Shown piece by piece: positions 9,946 through 20,194 of a stretch of DNA of 63,706 bases. A model generated the notes under the pieces. The model did not search any database. It was not told the origin of the DNA and saw nothing but the letters and a program-made list of their open reading frames with translations. The stretch covers positions 1 to 63,706 of the forward strand of contig JALLOG010000002.1 of assembly GCA_027717645.1 (NCBI GenBank), read 5' to 3'. A program made the position numbers and the translations under genes. Numbering within the stretch: the first letter of the stretch is position 1; every line of letters starts with the position of its first letter. This DNA comes from Desulfobacterota bacterium AH_259_B03_O07. Its GTDB lineage: Bacteria; Desulfobacterota_D; UBA1144; Nemesobacterales; CSP1-2.

Positions 9946-11052
9946 ATGTCTAATAATTTCGACGTAAGATGCATGTCCCTAGCGCTTAATCTTGCAAAGA
10001 GGGCTCAAGGGACGACACATCCAAACCCCCTTGTCGGGGCCGTTCTCGTCAAAAGGGGAAATTTAATTGGCAAGGGTTATCATAAACAAGCGGGACTTTC
10101 ACACGCTGAAATTGAAGCGATATTAGACGCCGAAAACAATGGGAAAGATCCGAAGGGTTCTACACTCTATGTCACCCTAGAACCATGCTGCCATACCAAT
10201 AAAAGAACCCCCCCCTGTGTAGATTCAATCGTAAAACAGGGGATTTCAGAGGTCATTGTCGGTTGTCTTGATCCAAACCCTAAAGTATCAGGTAAGGGTA
10301 TTAAATTTCTTGAAAAGAGAGGGCTAAAGGTTAGAGTCGGTGTGCTTAATGAGAAATGTAAAATTATTAATGAAGCATTCTTCAAGTACATAACTACTGG
10401 AATGCCATTTATAACTTTAAAGCTTGCCGCAAGTCTTGATGGAAAGATAGGAACTCTAACAGGAGATTCTAAGTGGATAGGAAGCGAAAAACAAAGAAAA
10501 CACGCTCACATATTGAGAGAAAAAGTGGATGCTATCATTGTAGGCATTGATACCATAATCCGCGATGACCCCAGGCTCACCATTAGACTTAAAAAGAAAT
10601 CTATGCATCAACCGATTCCAGTAGTACTAGACAGCAGGCTCAGGATCCCACTTAAATCAAGGCTTTTAACAATTCATAGATCACCTCTTATAATCACTAC
10701 ATCAAAATCAAGCCCCAATAAGATCAAAAAAATCAAGGGTACAGGATCAAAAGTTATGATCATTGACATGGATAAAAATGGAAACATAGATCTTACTAAA
10801 CTCATGAAGAAACTAGGTAAATTGGGATACACAAATATTCTGATTGAAGGGGGAAGTAAAGTTGCAGCCTCAGCCTTAAGAACCAAACTTTTAGACAAGA
10901 TTGTTTTTTTCTACTCCCCAAAGATTATAGGAGCCGAAGGGATCAGCATGATAGGAAAGCTAAGAATACCTACGGTTGATCAATCGATTACTATAAAAAA
11001 CATCAGGATTAAATCCCTGGGAGAAGAATTAATGATTGAAGGTTATGTTTAG
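9946..11052 (+). CDS. ribD: bifunctional riboflavin biosynthesis deaminase/reductase RibD
   Basis: Zinc deaminase motifs HAEIEA and PCCHTNKRTPPC, followed by a C-terminal RibD reductase domain. Confidence 0.95.
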   Translation: MSNNFDVRCMSLALNLAKRAQGTTHPNPLVGAVLVKRGNLIGKGYHKQAGLSHAEIEAILDAENNGKDPKGSTLYVTLEPCCHTNKRTPPCVDSIVKQGISEVIVGCLDPNPKVSGKGIKFLEKRGLKVRVGVLNEKCKIINEAFFKYITTGMPFITLKLAASLDGKIGTLTGDSKWIGSEKQRKHAHILREKVDAIIVGIDTIIRDDPRLTIRLKKKSMHQPIPVVLDSRLRIPLKSRLLTIHRSPLIITTSKSSPNKIKKIKGTGSKVMIIDMDKNGNIDLTKLMKKLGKLGYTNILIEGGSKVAASALRTKLLDKIVFFYSPKIIGAEGISMIGKLRIPTVDQSITIKNIRIKSLGEELMIEGYV

Positions 11053-11212
11053 AGCTCCAACTGTCCGATAAGTGATAAATCTTTATTGATAAAACCATCT
11101 AATGAAATGTGTATAATTTTTAGCGGTACTTATACCTATAAATTAAGAATTAAGATTAACTACAATGTTATTCTTTTCGATCCTTAAAGATGCGATAATA
11201 TTATGACGTAAG

Positions 11213-11893
11213 ATGAAGAAAACCGGAAGAAAGAAACTAGGTCTATTAGGCGGAACATTCAATCCTGTTCACCTAGGCCATCTTCGCGCTGCAGTAGAAG
11301 TTCGAGAAATGCTTGATCTTCAAAAGATTTATTTCATCCCATCTTATTTACCTCCCCATAAGACCAATGAACGTATTGCATCACCTGCTGATCGTCTAAA
11401 GATGTTAGAACTGGGAATAAATAGTAACAATTTATTTGAAATCTCAGATATTGAACTAATAAGAGCCGGCAGATCATATACCGTGGACACTCTCAGATAT
11501 TTTACTAAGGTATTTCCTGAATTTGATTATTATTTCATCCTTGGAACGGAGCTAATCTCAGAAATAGATAGCTGGAAAGACTATAAGGAACTGTTTGAAC
11601 TTTCGAATTTTGCCGTCATGAGCCGCCCAGGCTATTCACACGACATTCAATCTTTGCTCCCACTTGAACTTAGGAACGATTTTCGATATTATAAGGAATA
11701 CCAAAACGTGGCTCTTTATACTCATAAAAATTCCAAAATCTTGAGTCTACTAAAAATAGATGGATTAGAGATATCATCAACCCAAATAAGAGAACTCCTA
11801 TCTGAAAATAAATCTATCAAACATTTAGTCCCGCCCAAGGTCGAATCCTATATATTATCCAGAAAAGTTTATCAAAAGGAGGCTTCTAAATAG
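11213..11893 (+). CDS. nadD: nicotinate-nucleotide adenylyltransferase
   Basis: GGTFNPVHLGHL nucleotidyltransferase motif and ISSTQIR. Confidence 0.9.
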   Translation: MKKTGRKKLGLLGGTFNPVHLGHLRAAVEVREMLDLQKIYFIPSYLPPHKTNERIASPADRLKMLELGINSNNLFEISDIELIRAGRSYTVDTLRYFTKVFPEFDYYFILGTELISEIDSWKDYKELFELSNFAVMSRPGYSHDIQSLLPLELRNDFRYYKEYQNVALYTHKNSKILSLLKIDGLEISSTQIRELLSENKSIKHLVPPKVESYILSRKVYQKEASK

Positions 11894-11967
11894 AATCCAA
11901 AGAGAAGGCTATAACCATTGCTCGTGCCGCATGGGGAAAAAAGGCACAAGATGTTGTAGTAATTGAG

Positions 11968-12291
11968 ATGAAGGCACTGAGTAATGTTACGGATTATTTT
12001 ATTGTGTGTAGCGCCGATTCGGATCGGGGTGTAAGAACAATCGTCGATAATATAGAAAACAAACTTAAAGGAATCAGACAGAAAGTAATTGGAATTGAGG
12101 GGTATGGTGAGGGCAAATGGGTTTTAGTTGATGCAGTAGACGTCGTTGTTCATGTGTTTTATGAACCTTTAAGAATGTTTTATGACATAGAGGGGCTGTG
12201 GATTGATTGTCCTCGAATTGAACCCTCATTTGAGGAGGAAATTTCAATTCAATCAGAGGATTCCAGAATAATGCCTAAAAACGTAAGTTAA
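11968..12291 (+). CDS. rsfS: ribosomal silencing factor RsfS
   Basis: RsfS/IojAP motifs TDYFIVCSADSDRGVRTI and WVLVDAVDVVVHVF. The frame is open from 11890 and encodes family-like residues upstream of ATG 11968 (see findings). Confidence 0.85.
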   Translation: MKALSNVTDYFIVCSADSDRGVRTIVDNIENKLKGIRQKVIGIEGYGEGKWVLVDAVDVVVHVFYEPLRMFYDIEGLWIDCPRIEPSFEEEISIQSEDSRIMPKNVS

Positions 12292-12622
12292 TAACAACCT
12301 ACGAGTATTCCTAACTTCAAAGTCATTCCTTCATCCTTTTTTAGAAATCCCTTGTAAAAAACTTCAGTGGATCGGGAAACGAAAGACTCTTACGATTAGA
12401 AGATGAACACATTGCGCTTCACTTATGTAAATGTAGAGAAATCCTTGGTTTTCCTTAATTAACGATCAAATATCTAGCTGTGTTGGCTAGCGCTACTATA
12501 GCTCCTTACTTAAGAGCTCACCTGATAGACTGATTGAGCTACAAACGTTGTATTGCATGTAATAAAAATCTATTTTAGAATGAGGGTCTTACAAAAGGGT
12601 ATGTAACCAAAATTAACAGGTC

Positions 12623-13687
12623 TTATTTGATACCTCTTCTTCTCACAAAAGCAGGTATTTCGAAATCATCGCTTATTGACTCGGTAGGCAACTGAGTAAC
12701 TACATTGTCCACACTCTCTTCCTGTATACTCTTAATACCGGTTGCAATTACGGTTATCTGAACCCCACCCTTAATTGCCTCATCAAAGACAAGTCCAAAA
12801 ATTAAATCTACGTCCTCATGAGCTCTTTCCCTAATATAGTTGCAAGCGTCGTTAAGCTCCTCAATACCGAACTCATGAGAAGCAGTTACATTAATTAAAA
12901 TTCCTCGTGCTCCATCTATTGATATGTCTTCAAGTAATGGACTTGTGATTGCACTTTCCGCCGCCTCTCTAGCTCTATTTTCCCCTTCAGCATAACCCGA
13001 GCCCATCAATGCCTTTCCACCATTTTCGCCCATTATAGATTTTACATCAGCGAAATCTACATTTATATAACCCGTACCTGTTATAATATCAGAAATACCG
13101 CGAACAGCATTATAGAGAACCTCGTCTGCTTGCTTAAAAGCGTCGAGTATACTTACTTTGTGAACTGCGGTAAGCCGGTCATTGGGAATTATTATGAGAG
13201 TATCAACTTCCTTCTCTAGGTTCTCTATACCCTCCATTGCCTGTTTGTTTCTCTTAGGTCCTTCAAAACCGAATGGCCTCGAAACAACCCCTATAGTTAG
13301 TGCTCTATGTTCCTTTGAAGTTTGAGCAATTATTGGAGAGGCCCCAGTACCGGTACCACCACCCATCCCAGCGGCAATAAAGACCATGTCAGCGCCCTCA
13401 AGAGATTCCGATATCCTCCCTTGATCTTCTAGGGCAGCCTCTCTTCCAAGTACTGGATTTCCACCTGAACCAAGGCCCTTCGTAGTTCTTCCCCCTATCT
13501 GCAATTTTGCTGAAGCCTTGGATTTCTTTAAATCCTGTGCGTCAGTATTTGTTACAATGAATTCAACCCCACCTAGATTTTTTTCGATCATAGTATTAAT
13601 CGCATTTCCTCCCGATCCCCCAACACCGACGACTTTTATTTTTGCCTTTTGTTCGGGTGTAAATTCTTCTAATTCAAATTTTGCCAT
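12623..13687 (-). CDS. ftsZ: cell division protein FtsZ
   Basis: Tubulin signature [19 protein letters not shown]. Last gene of the dcw cluster. Confidence 0.97.
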   Translation of the reverse strand: MAKFELEEFTPEQKAKIKVVGVGGSGGNAINTMIEKNLGGVEFIVTNTDAQDLKKSKASAKLQIGGRTTKGLGSGGNPVLGREAALEDQGRISESLEGADMVFIAAGMGGGTGTGASPIIAQTSKEHRALTIGVVSRPFGFEGPKRNKQAMEGIENLEKEVDTLIIIPNDRLTAVHKVSILDAFKQADEVLYNAVRGISDIITGTGYINVDFADVKSIMGENGGKALMGSGYAEGENRAREAAESAITSPLLEDISIDGARGILINVTASHEFGIEELNDACNYIRERAHEDVDLIFGLVFDEAIKGGVQITVIATGIKSIQEESVDNVVTQLPTESISDDFEIPAFVRRRGIK

Positions 13688-13730
13688 TGAGTTTTCCTCC
13701 CTCTTTGATGACTCTTTATCTCATTTTAAC

Positions 13731-14960
13731 TTAAAAAAATTCCTGAAACCAATTTTTCATGCTATCGTAAACCTTTTTAAATATATTTTCATCTCTTATA
13801 CGAAGCTTGCTCTCTCCGTTATAGTTTGTACCATATAAAACAAGACCCACTCCAGTAGAATAAATAGGATTAGCAACTATGTCGTTCAAGCCACCTAATT
13901 CAGTTGGTATTCCTCTCCTCACTGGCATTCCTAAGATTTTTTCTGCAAGTTCGTCAGTTCCATCGATAATCACGCTTCCTCCAGTTATTACAGCACCAGC
14001 AGGAATTAGATCCCTAAAACCAGATTTTATTATTTCACTTCTGACAAGACTAAAAATCTCTTCAACTCTGGGTTCCATAATCATAGCTAGATCCGCTTTC
14101 GGAATCTTCCTAGGACGACGGCCTCCCACACTTGGTACCTCAATTGTCTCATTGGGAGAAACAATATCAGTTATAGCCACACCATACTTTTCCTTAATCT
14201 TTTTTGCTTCGGCCAATGGAGTAGAAAGACCAAGGGCTATATCCCTATCTATATGGTCGCCTCCAAGCGTCAGATTTTCAGTATACCTGATACTTCCTCC
14301 AACAAATATCGCAATATCGGTTGTTCCTCCTCCACAATCAATTAGAACAACGCCTATTTCTTTTTCATCCGACGTTAGTACCGCCTGACTTGAAGCTAAC
14401 TGCTCCAATGCAATATCCGCAACATCCATACCTGCTCTGTGAATACATTTAACTAGGTTTTGTGCCGCAGTGATCTGACCAGTTACGATATGTACCTTGG
14501 TTTCAAGCTTAATTCCACAAATTCCTATAGGGTCCTTAATCCCAGCCTGACCATCCACAATAAATTCTTGTGGAATAACGTGTATGATTTCTCTATCTGC
14601 CGGTATTAACAAGGCGTTTGCGGACTCAATTACACGTTCAACGTCACGCTCTGTGACTTCACGATTTCTCAATGTAATCATACCATGTCCGCTTATACCC
14701 TTTACATGTCCACCGGCAATCCCGGCAAAAACGGTCCTTATTTCGCAACCGGCCATATGCTCCGCTTCTTCAACAGCATTTTTTATGGACTGAACGGTAT
14801 CGTCGATATTTACCACGACACCCCGCTTAAGCCCGTATGAAGGGTGAGTGCCAATCCCGATGATATCAATTTCATCATGGCTGTTAACTTCACCCACAAT
14901 TGCACAAACCTTCGTTGTTCCAATGTCTAAGCCTATAACTAAATTTGATTCCTTACCCAT
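13731..14960 (-). CDS. ftsA: cell division protein FtsA
   Basis: Actin-like ATPase motifs LDIGTTKVCAIVGE and DCGGGTTDIAIF. Confidence 0.95.
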   Translation of the reverse strand: MGKESNLVIGLDIGTTKVCAIVGEVNSHDEIDIIGIGTHPSYGLKRGVVVNIDDTVQSIKNAVEEAEHMAGCEIRTVFAGIAGGHVKGISGHGMITLRNREVTERDVERVIESANALLIPADREIIHVIPQEFIVDGQAGIKDPIGICGIKLETKVHIVTGQITAAQNLVKCIHRAGMDVADIALEQLASSQAVLTSDEKEIGVVLIDCGGGTTDIAIFVGGSIRYTENLTLGGDHIDRDIALGLSTPLAEAKKIKEKYGVAITDIVSPNETIEVPSVGGRRPRKIPKADLAMIMEPRVEEIFSLVRSEIIKSGFRDLIPAGAVITGGSVIIDGTDELAEKILGMPVRRGIPTELGGLNDIVANPIYSTGVGLVLYGTNYNGESKLRIRDENIFKKVYDSMKNWFQEFF

Positions 14961-14975
14961 TTCAATCCATACTCC

Positions 14976-15695
14976 TCAGTTAAGTTTAAAATCAATTATG
15001 CCTCTTTTCTCGGAGCTTATGTTTATATACTCCTCCATAAGATTAATTGTTCGGGTGTACTTTATTATTTTTTCCATTTTATACCATTTTTCAGATATGT
15101 TATCACTTCCAAAATCTATACGTCTCTTATCTAATGTAAAAACTGAAATACCATAACTGCTATCAAGGTGGATTTCCGAAATTTCTTCCAGTTTTAGAAC
15201 TTTACTGTTCTGAGAGAGCCTGCGAATCTCATGGGCTTTTCCTAACAAGTCTGAATAGTATATACCTTCTCCTATAAGAACCGGAAAATCAAGGCCATCA
15301 TCATAATTTGCTTCTCTCAGAATTCTTCCCATTTCACTCATATAAAAGAGCTCACCGCCCTCACCAGTCACTAACCAAAAGGGCTGTGCTTCAGTTACCT
15401 CAATAGTAACTTTATTGGGGAAGACCCTCTTTATCCCAACGCCAGATATCCAAGGGTTCTTTTGTATCTCTCTTTCAACAATACTCACACGAAAGAAAAT
15501 AGTTGATCCCCCTACTCTCAGTCCTGATCTTTTTAGAATTTCCGTTTTAGATACTCTTTCCGCTCCCTCAATTTCAATTTCTTTTAGGTTAAAAATGCCC
15601 AGATGTAAAAAGGTTAAAACGATGATAGCACAAAAAGACAAAATAGAAATTAACAGAATAAAAGTATGGAATGGGTTTAAATTCTTTTTTGTCAA
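14976..15695 (-). CDS. ftsQ: cell division protein FtsQ
   Basis: Single N-terminal TM helix plus a POTRA-like region. Located between murB and ftsA. Confidence 0.85.
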   Translation of the reverse strand: MTKKNLNPFHTFILLISILSFCAIIVLTFLHLGIFNLKEIEIEGAERVSKTEILKRSGLRVGGSTIFFRVSIVEREIQKNPWISGVGIKRVFPNKVTIEVTEAQPFWLVTGEGGELFYMSEMGRILREANYDDGLDFPVLIGEGIYYSDLLGKAHEIRRLSQNSKVLKLEEISEIHLDSSYGISVFTLDKRRIDFGSDNISEKWYKMEKIIKYTRTINLMEEYINISSEKRGIIDFKLN

Positions 15696-16603
15696 TTTAA
15701 CTCTTCCCCTATTATTCTAATTATTCGAACCTCCGTCTCTAATTTTACCCCTCTCCTTAAAAAAGCCTGTTCTTTGGCTATTTCTATAAGTTTCAATATA
15801 TCAGAGGTGTAAGCATGCCCTGAATTTACAATAAAATTAGCATGTATTTCGGAAAATCTAGCTCCACCTATTCCCACACCTTTAAAACCCAATTCATCCA
15901 AAAGTTTACCGGCAGGTATCTCAGGAGGATTTTTAAATATTGAACCAGTATTCGACATCTTTATTGGTTGTGTCTCGCTCCTTTTATCCATGTAATCTCT
16001 GACACTTCTTTTACTTTCCTTTCTATTTCCAGATCTAAGTTTAAACATTGCCTTTGTTACTACACTGCCCTTTGGAAGATTGCTTTTTCGATATTCAAAT
16101 TGAATCTCATCCCTTGATAAAACCTCCTCTTTGCCATCTAACCAAATCCATACCCTTTCGACCACGTCCTTAATTTCTCCTCCATTAGCACCCGCGTTCA
16201 TAAAAATACCGCCTCCCACCGTTCCAGGAATCCCCGCAGCAAATTCGAATCCTGTAAGTCCGGCATCTATAGTATTTTTTAAAATCGTACCCAATACAGC
16301 ACCCGATTCAGCAAGTACAATTCCATCCTTCATGATTTCTATATTTCGTAACTTCTTTGTAACAATCACAACTCCCCTTAATCCACTATCGGCTACAATA
16401 GTATTTGATCCTCCACCAAGAACCACCCATCGTAAATCAAGAGACGAGAGGATATTGAGTATTCTTAAAAAACCAGTGTAATTTTGGGGAGATACAAGTA
16501 AATCCGCCTCACCACCTACGCGCAAAGAAGTAAATCTTTTCATCGAGTAATTCTCAATGTATTCACACCCAAGGTTATCAAGTTCCGTTAAAAGCCCTTT
16601 CAT
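15692..16603 (-). CDS. murB: UDP-N-acetylenolpyruvoylglucosamine reductase
   Basis: FAD-binding PCMH domain (VLGGGSNTIVAD) and MurB C-terminal domain. 4-nt overlaps with both neighbours. Confidence 0.93.
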   Translation of the reverse strand: MKGLLTELDNLGCEYIENYSMKRFTSLRVGGEADLLVSPQNYTGFLRILNILSSLDLRWVVLGGGSNTIVADSGLRGVVIVTKKLRNIEIMKDGIVLAESGAVLGTILKNTIDAGLTGFEFAAGIPGTVGGGIFMNAGANGGEIKDVVERVWIWLDGKEEVLSRDEIQFEYRKSNLPKGSVVTKAMFKLRSGNRKESKRSVRDYMDKRSETQPIKMSNTGSIFKNPPEIPAGKLLDELGFKGVGIGGARFSEIHANFIVNSGHAYTSDILKLIEIAKEQAFLRRGVKLETEVRIIRIIGEELN

Positions 16604-17970
16604 GAAAGCTCCTCAATTAACTTCTCTCCCAAAGTCCAAACATTACCCGCACCGAAAGTTATGACTATGTCCCCAGGCTTTAATATAGTTAATAACTCAT
16701 CAATAATCTCAGCCGGTGTATCTTTGTAAAATACATTAGCATTTCCATTATCCCTAATAGCTTGGGCTAGCCTCTCTGAAGTTACGCCCTCAATTGGCTC
16801 TTCTCCTGCCGGGTAAATGTCAAGTAAATAAAGCATATCAACATCTTTAAGGACACGAGCAAACTCATCGAATAGACTAGAGGTCCTTGTAAACCGATGA
16901 GGCTGAAAAACTGTTATAAGCCTCCTTGAAAACGAATCCCTGAGAGCGTTCAGAGTTACCCTTATTTCCTCAGGGTGATGTGCATAGTCATCTATAACCA
17001 GAACACCTTTTATCTCTCCCTTAACCTGTAACCGTCTGTCAATCCCCTTGAACCCACGAAGACCCTTCTTGACATCTTCAAAGCTCATTCCCAATTCCAT
17101 TCCAACTGCAAAGGACGCAAGCGAGTTTTGAGCGTTATGTCTACCAGGCACATCAAGCCTTACCTGACCCAATAACGAATCCTTATATAAAACTTTGAAC
17201 TTCGTTTGAAATCCTTTGATTCTAACATCTCCTGCTTTGAAATCAGACTCCTCTGAAAATCCATAAGTAATAAGTCTCTTTTTAAAACGTGCAACATTGG
17301 ATTTAATACGAGAACAATCTAAGCACACAACTGACAATCCATAAAATGGTATCTTATTTAGGAATTGAGAGAATGCATATTCCAAATTATCGATATTGTC
17401 ATAATGGTCGAGATGTTCATCATCGATGTTTGTCAAAACCGCTATCACCGGTGAGAGCATTAAAAAGGAACCATCACTCTCGTCCGCCTCGACTACCATG
17501 AATTTACCGTTTCCAAGATGAGCGTTTGTCCCAAGGGTTTTTAATCTACCACCGACTACAATTGTCGGATCAAATCCACCATATGCCAAAACGGTTGAAA
17601 TCATCGAAGTTGTTGTTGTCTTACCATGACTACCTGCTATTGCTATACCATATTTAAGTCTCATTAACTCAGCAAGCATTTCCGCTCTGGGAATAACGGG
17701 AATGTTTCTTGACCTTGCGGCTATGACTTCTGGATTATCATCTTTTATTGCAGATGAAACAACAATCACGTCTGCATTTCCAATGTTTTCAATACTATGA
17801 CCCATCGATAATTTTGATCCAAGCCTGCTGAGCCTATCTGTAGTTTCTGATTTCTTGATATCAGATCCTGTGACCGTATAGCCCATATTCAGAAGCACTT
17901 CGGCTATTCCGCTCATACCTATTCCGCCGATACCGACTAAATGAATATTTTTAATCCGTCCATACATCAA
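16600..17970 (-). CDS. murC: UDP-N-acetylmuramate--L-alanine ligase
   Basis: HLVGIGGIGMSGIAEVL and P-loop AGSHGKTTTTSM. Confidence 0.95.
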   Translation of the reverse strand: MMYGRIKNIHLVGIGGIGMSGIAEVLLNMGYTVTGSDIKKSETTDRLSRLGSKLSMGHSIENIGNADVIVVSSAIKDDNPEVIAARSRNIPVIPRAEMLAELMRLKYGIAIAGSHGKTTTTSMISTVLAYGGFDPTIVVGGRLKTLGTNAHLGNGKFMVVEADESDGSFLMLSPVIAVLTNIDDEHLDHYDNIDNLEYAFSQFLNKIPFYGLSVVCLDCSRIKSNVARFKKRLITYGFSEESDFKAGDVRIKGFQTKFKVLYKDSLLGQVRLDVPGRHNAQNSLASFAVGMELGMSFEDVKKGLRGFKGIDRRLQVKGEIKGVLVIDDYAHHPEEIRVTLNALRDSFSRRLITVFQPHRFTRTSSLFDEFARVLKDVDMLYLLDIYPAGEEPIEGVTSERLAQAIRDNGNANVFYKDTPAEIIDELLTILKPGDIVITFGAGNVWTLGEKLIEELS

Positions 17971-19037
17971 TCTATTCCTGTGAATTTATAAATCTCGTCG
18001 ACAATATTTTTTGCTGCTTGAGGCTTACCAAGCCTCTTTGCTTGAATCCTCATTTCATTAAGTTTATCTTTTGTTAACAATTTACTTAAGGCCTCTACAA
18101 TGCGTTCTGGAAAGGCATCTTTATCTTCAATTACTATGGCGGCCCCTGCCCTTTCCAAGACCTTTGCATTTTCAAATTGGTGATTGTAGGCAGAAAAGGG
18201 GTAAGGAACTAGAATCGAAGGCTTTCCTAGAGCAGTAATCTCCGCTATGGTGCCTGCACCCGCTCTACCTATGACAAGATCGGCATCGTTATAAACAGAG
18301 GCCATATCCTCTATAAATGGTATAACTTCTGCCTCAATTCCGTACCATTCATACCTCTTTTTTACATCTTGGATATCATGATTACCAGTTTGATGGATAA
18401 TATTGATATCTTTCCTTCCTAGAATTCCAAAAGCCTTTGGAACCGATATATTGAGTTTGTGAGCTCCCTGGCTCCCCCCAAATACAAGAACTATAAGTCC
18501 ATCTCTAATATTTGTAGCTTTATTGACCGCCAGGATTTGGTTTCTAATTGGGTTTCCTAACACCCTTGTCTTAACCCTTGGAAAATATTTTATGCTTTCA
18601 TCAAAAGCAGCAAAAACCCTCTTTGAAAACCTTGCCAGTATTCGATTCGTTAATCCTGGTACTGAGTTCTGTTCACAGATCACAGCTGGTATAAACAGCA
18701 AGCAAGTAGCAATAACAACAGGACCTGAAACATATCCACCGACTCCGATTACAACATTTGGCTTAAATTTTATAATAACTCTAAAGGAATCAAAAACACC
18801 CTTAATTGCAGATGTAGTACCTAAAATACTGTCCATTAATCCTTTGCCTACTATACCACTTGAGCTAATGTATTCGAGCTTATAGCCTTCGTTCAAAATC
18901 TTCTCGCTTCCAAATCCATTTTTTGTGCATACAAAAAGGATTTCGTTATCCGGATTTCTTCTTCGAATCTCATCTGCAATCGAAATTGCCGGGTAAATAT
19001 GGCCTCCTGTTCCACCACCTGCAATTATAATCCTCAT
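17967..19037 (-). CDS. murG: undecaprenyldiphospho-muramoylpentapeptide beta-N-acetylglucosaminyltransferase
   Basis: IIAGGGTGGHIYPAISIA N-terminal GT28 motif. Confidence 0.95.
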   Translation of the reverse strand: MRIIIAGGGTGGHIYPAISIADEIRRRNPDNEILFVCTKNGFGSEKILNEGYKLEYISSSGIVGKGLMDSILGTTSAIKGVFDSFRVIIKFKPNVVIGVGGYVSGPVVIATCLLFIPAVICEQNSVPGLTNRILARFSKRVFAAFDESIKYFPRVKTRVLGNPIRNQILAVNKATNIRDGLIVLVFGGSQGAHKLNISVPKAFGILGRKDINIIHQTGNHDIQDVKKRYEWYGIEAEVIPFIEDMASVYNDADLVIGRAGAGTIAEITALGKPSILVPYPFSAYNHQFENAKVLERAGAAIVIEDKDAFPERIVEALSKLLTKDKLNEMRIQAKRLGKPQAAKNIVDEIYKFTGID

Positions 19038-20194
19038 TTTCTCCCTGATTTAGAAACACTAAGAATTAATCCTACCGCCCCAAGACTACTTACAAGTGAG
19101 GTGCCACCATAGCTAATAAAGGGGAGAGTCAATCCTTTAGTAGGAAATAACCCTACAGCGACTGCCATGTTTATTCCTGCTTGTATTGTGATAAGGAGGA
19201 TACAGCCAAAAACTAGGAAGCAACCAAAAAGATCATTCGCCCTGATTGCAACTCTTAGGCTCCTAATGAGTAGAAATCCAAAACCAATGATAACCGAAAG
19301 AATCCCAATAAAACCCAACTCCTCGCCAATTATAGAAAATATGAAATCAGTATGTGCCTGGGGGAGGAAAAACAGCTTTTGAGTGCTATCACCAAGACCA
19401 CTTCCAGTAATTCCACCCAAACCCAGCGCGACGAATGATTGAATAACTTGATATCCAGAACCCAAAGGATCTTTCCATGGATCTAAAAATGACATTATAC
19501 GTTTCATCCTATAACTTTCTGTCATCACTGCCAATACTAGAATAAAAACTGAAGCAACCCCTAAAGGAGCTAAGTATTTGATCTTCACATCTCCTACGAA
19601 AAGCATTGCGAAAAGCACCACAATAAGGGTTACTGCCATTCCAAAATCAGGTTCTAATAGCACAAGAAGGATGTAGACACCCGCTATCAATAAATGAGAT
19701 ACAAATCCAACCATAAATGTTTCAATCTTATCCTTCTTCTTAGTTAGAGAATGGGCAAGATATAAAACCAATATAAATTTAGTAATCTCCGAAGGCTGAA
19801 ATGTCCAATGACCGATCTCTATCCACCTTCTAGCTCCACTTACTTCTTTTCCTATACCTGGAATAAGCACCAAAACCAGCATTAATATACCAAATATGAA
19901 TGCTGGGTAGACTATCTTTCTAAGATAGCGATAGTTAATCTTCATCATTACAAACATGCTGAGTAAACCAAGCGATAGATATAAAGCATGCCTTTTCAAA
20001 AAATAGTTGGGGTCACCATATTTCTCAAGTGCAAATACAGAGCTTGTACTGTAAACCATGAGCATACCCATGGATATAAGAAAAACTACTGAAATGATGA
20101 TACCCAAATCATATCCAGTTCCTTTATGAAGGAAGTTTTTGAACAATGTCTTTGAATGTCCTCCCTCTCTCTTCATATGAAATATACATATCAA
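19034..20194 (-). CDS. ftsW: SEDS-family peptidoglycan glycosyltransferase FtsW
   Basis: Polytopic membrane protein in the dcw position. The start may be Met at 20176. It overlaps the murD 3' end by 50-70 nt. Confidence 0.9.
   Translation of the reverse strand: MICIFHMKREGGHSKTLFKNFLHKGTGYDLGIIISVVFLISMGMLMVYSTSSVFALEKYGDPNYFLKRHALYLSLGLLSMFVMMKINYRYLRKIVYPAFIFGILMLVLVLIPGIGKEVSGARRWIEIGHWTFQPSEITKFILVLYLAHSLTKKKDKIETFMVGFVSHLLIAGVYILLVLLEPDFGMAVTLIVVLFAMLFVGDVKIKYLAPLGVASVFILVLAVMTESYRMKRIMSFLDPWKDPLGSGYQVIQSFVALGLGGITGSGLGDSTQKLFFLPQAHTDFIFSIIGEELGFIGILSVIIGFGFLLIRSLRVAIRANDLFGCFLVFGCILLITIQAGINMAVAVGLFPTKGLTLPFISYGGTSLVSSLGAVGLILSVSKSGRK

Noticed and set aside
12480-12550. tRNA-like stretch (reverse complement TTTGTAGCTCAATCAGTCTATCAGGTGAGCTCTTAAGTAAGGAGC) in the rsfS-ftsZ gap
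   Set aside because: The D-loop would be 16 nt and the anticodon loop 5 nt, and no T-arm (GTTCRA) or acceptor pairing is present. It does not fold as a tRNA.
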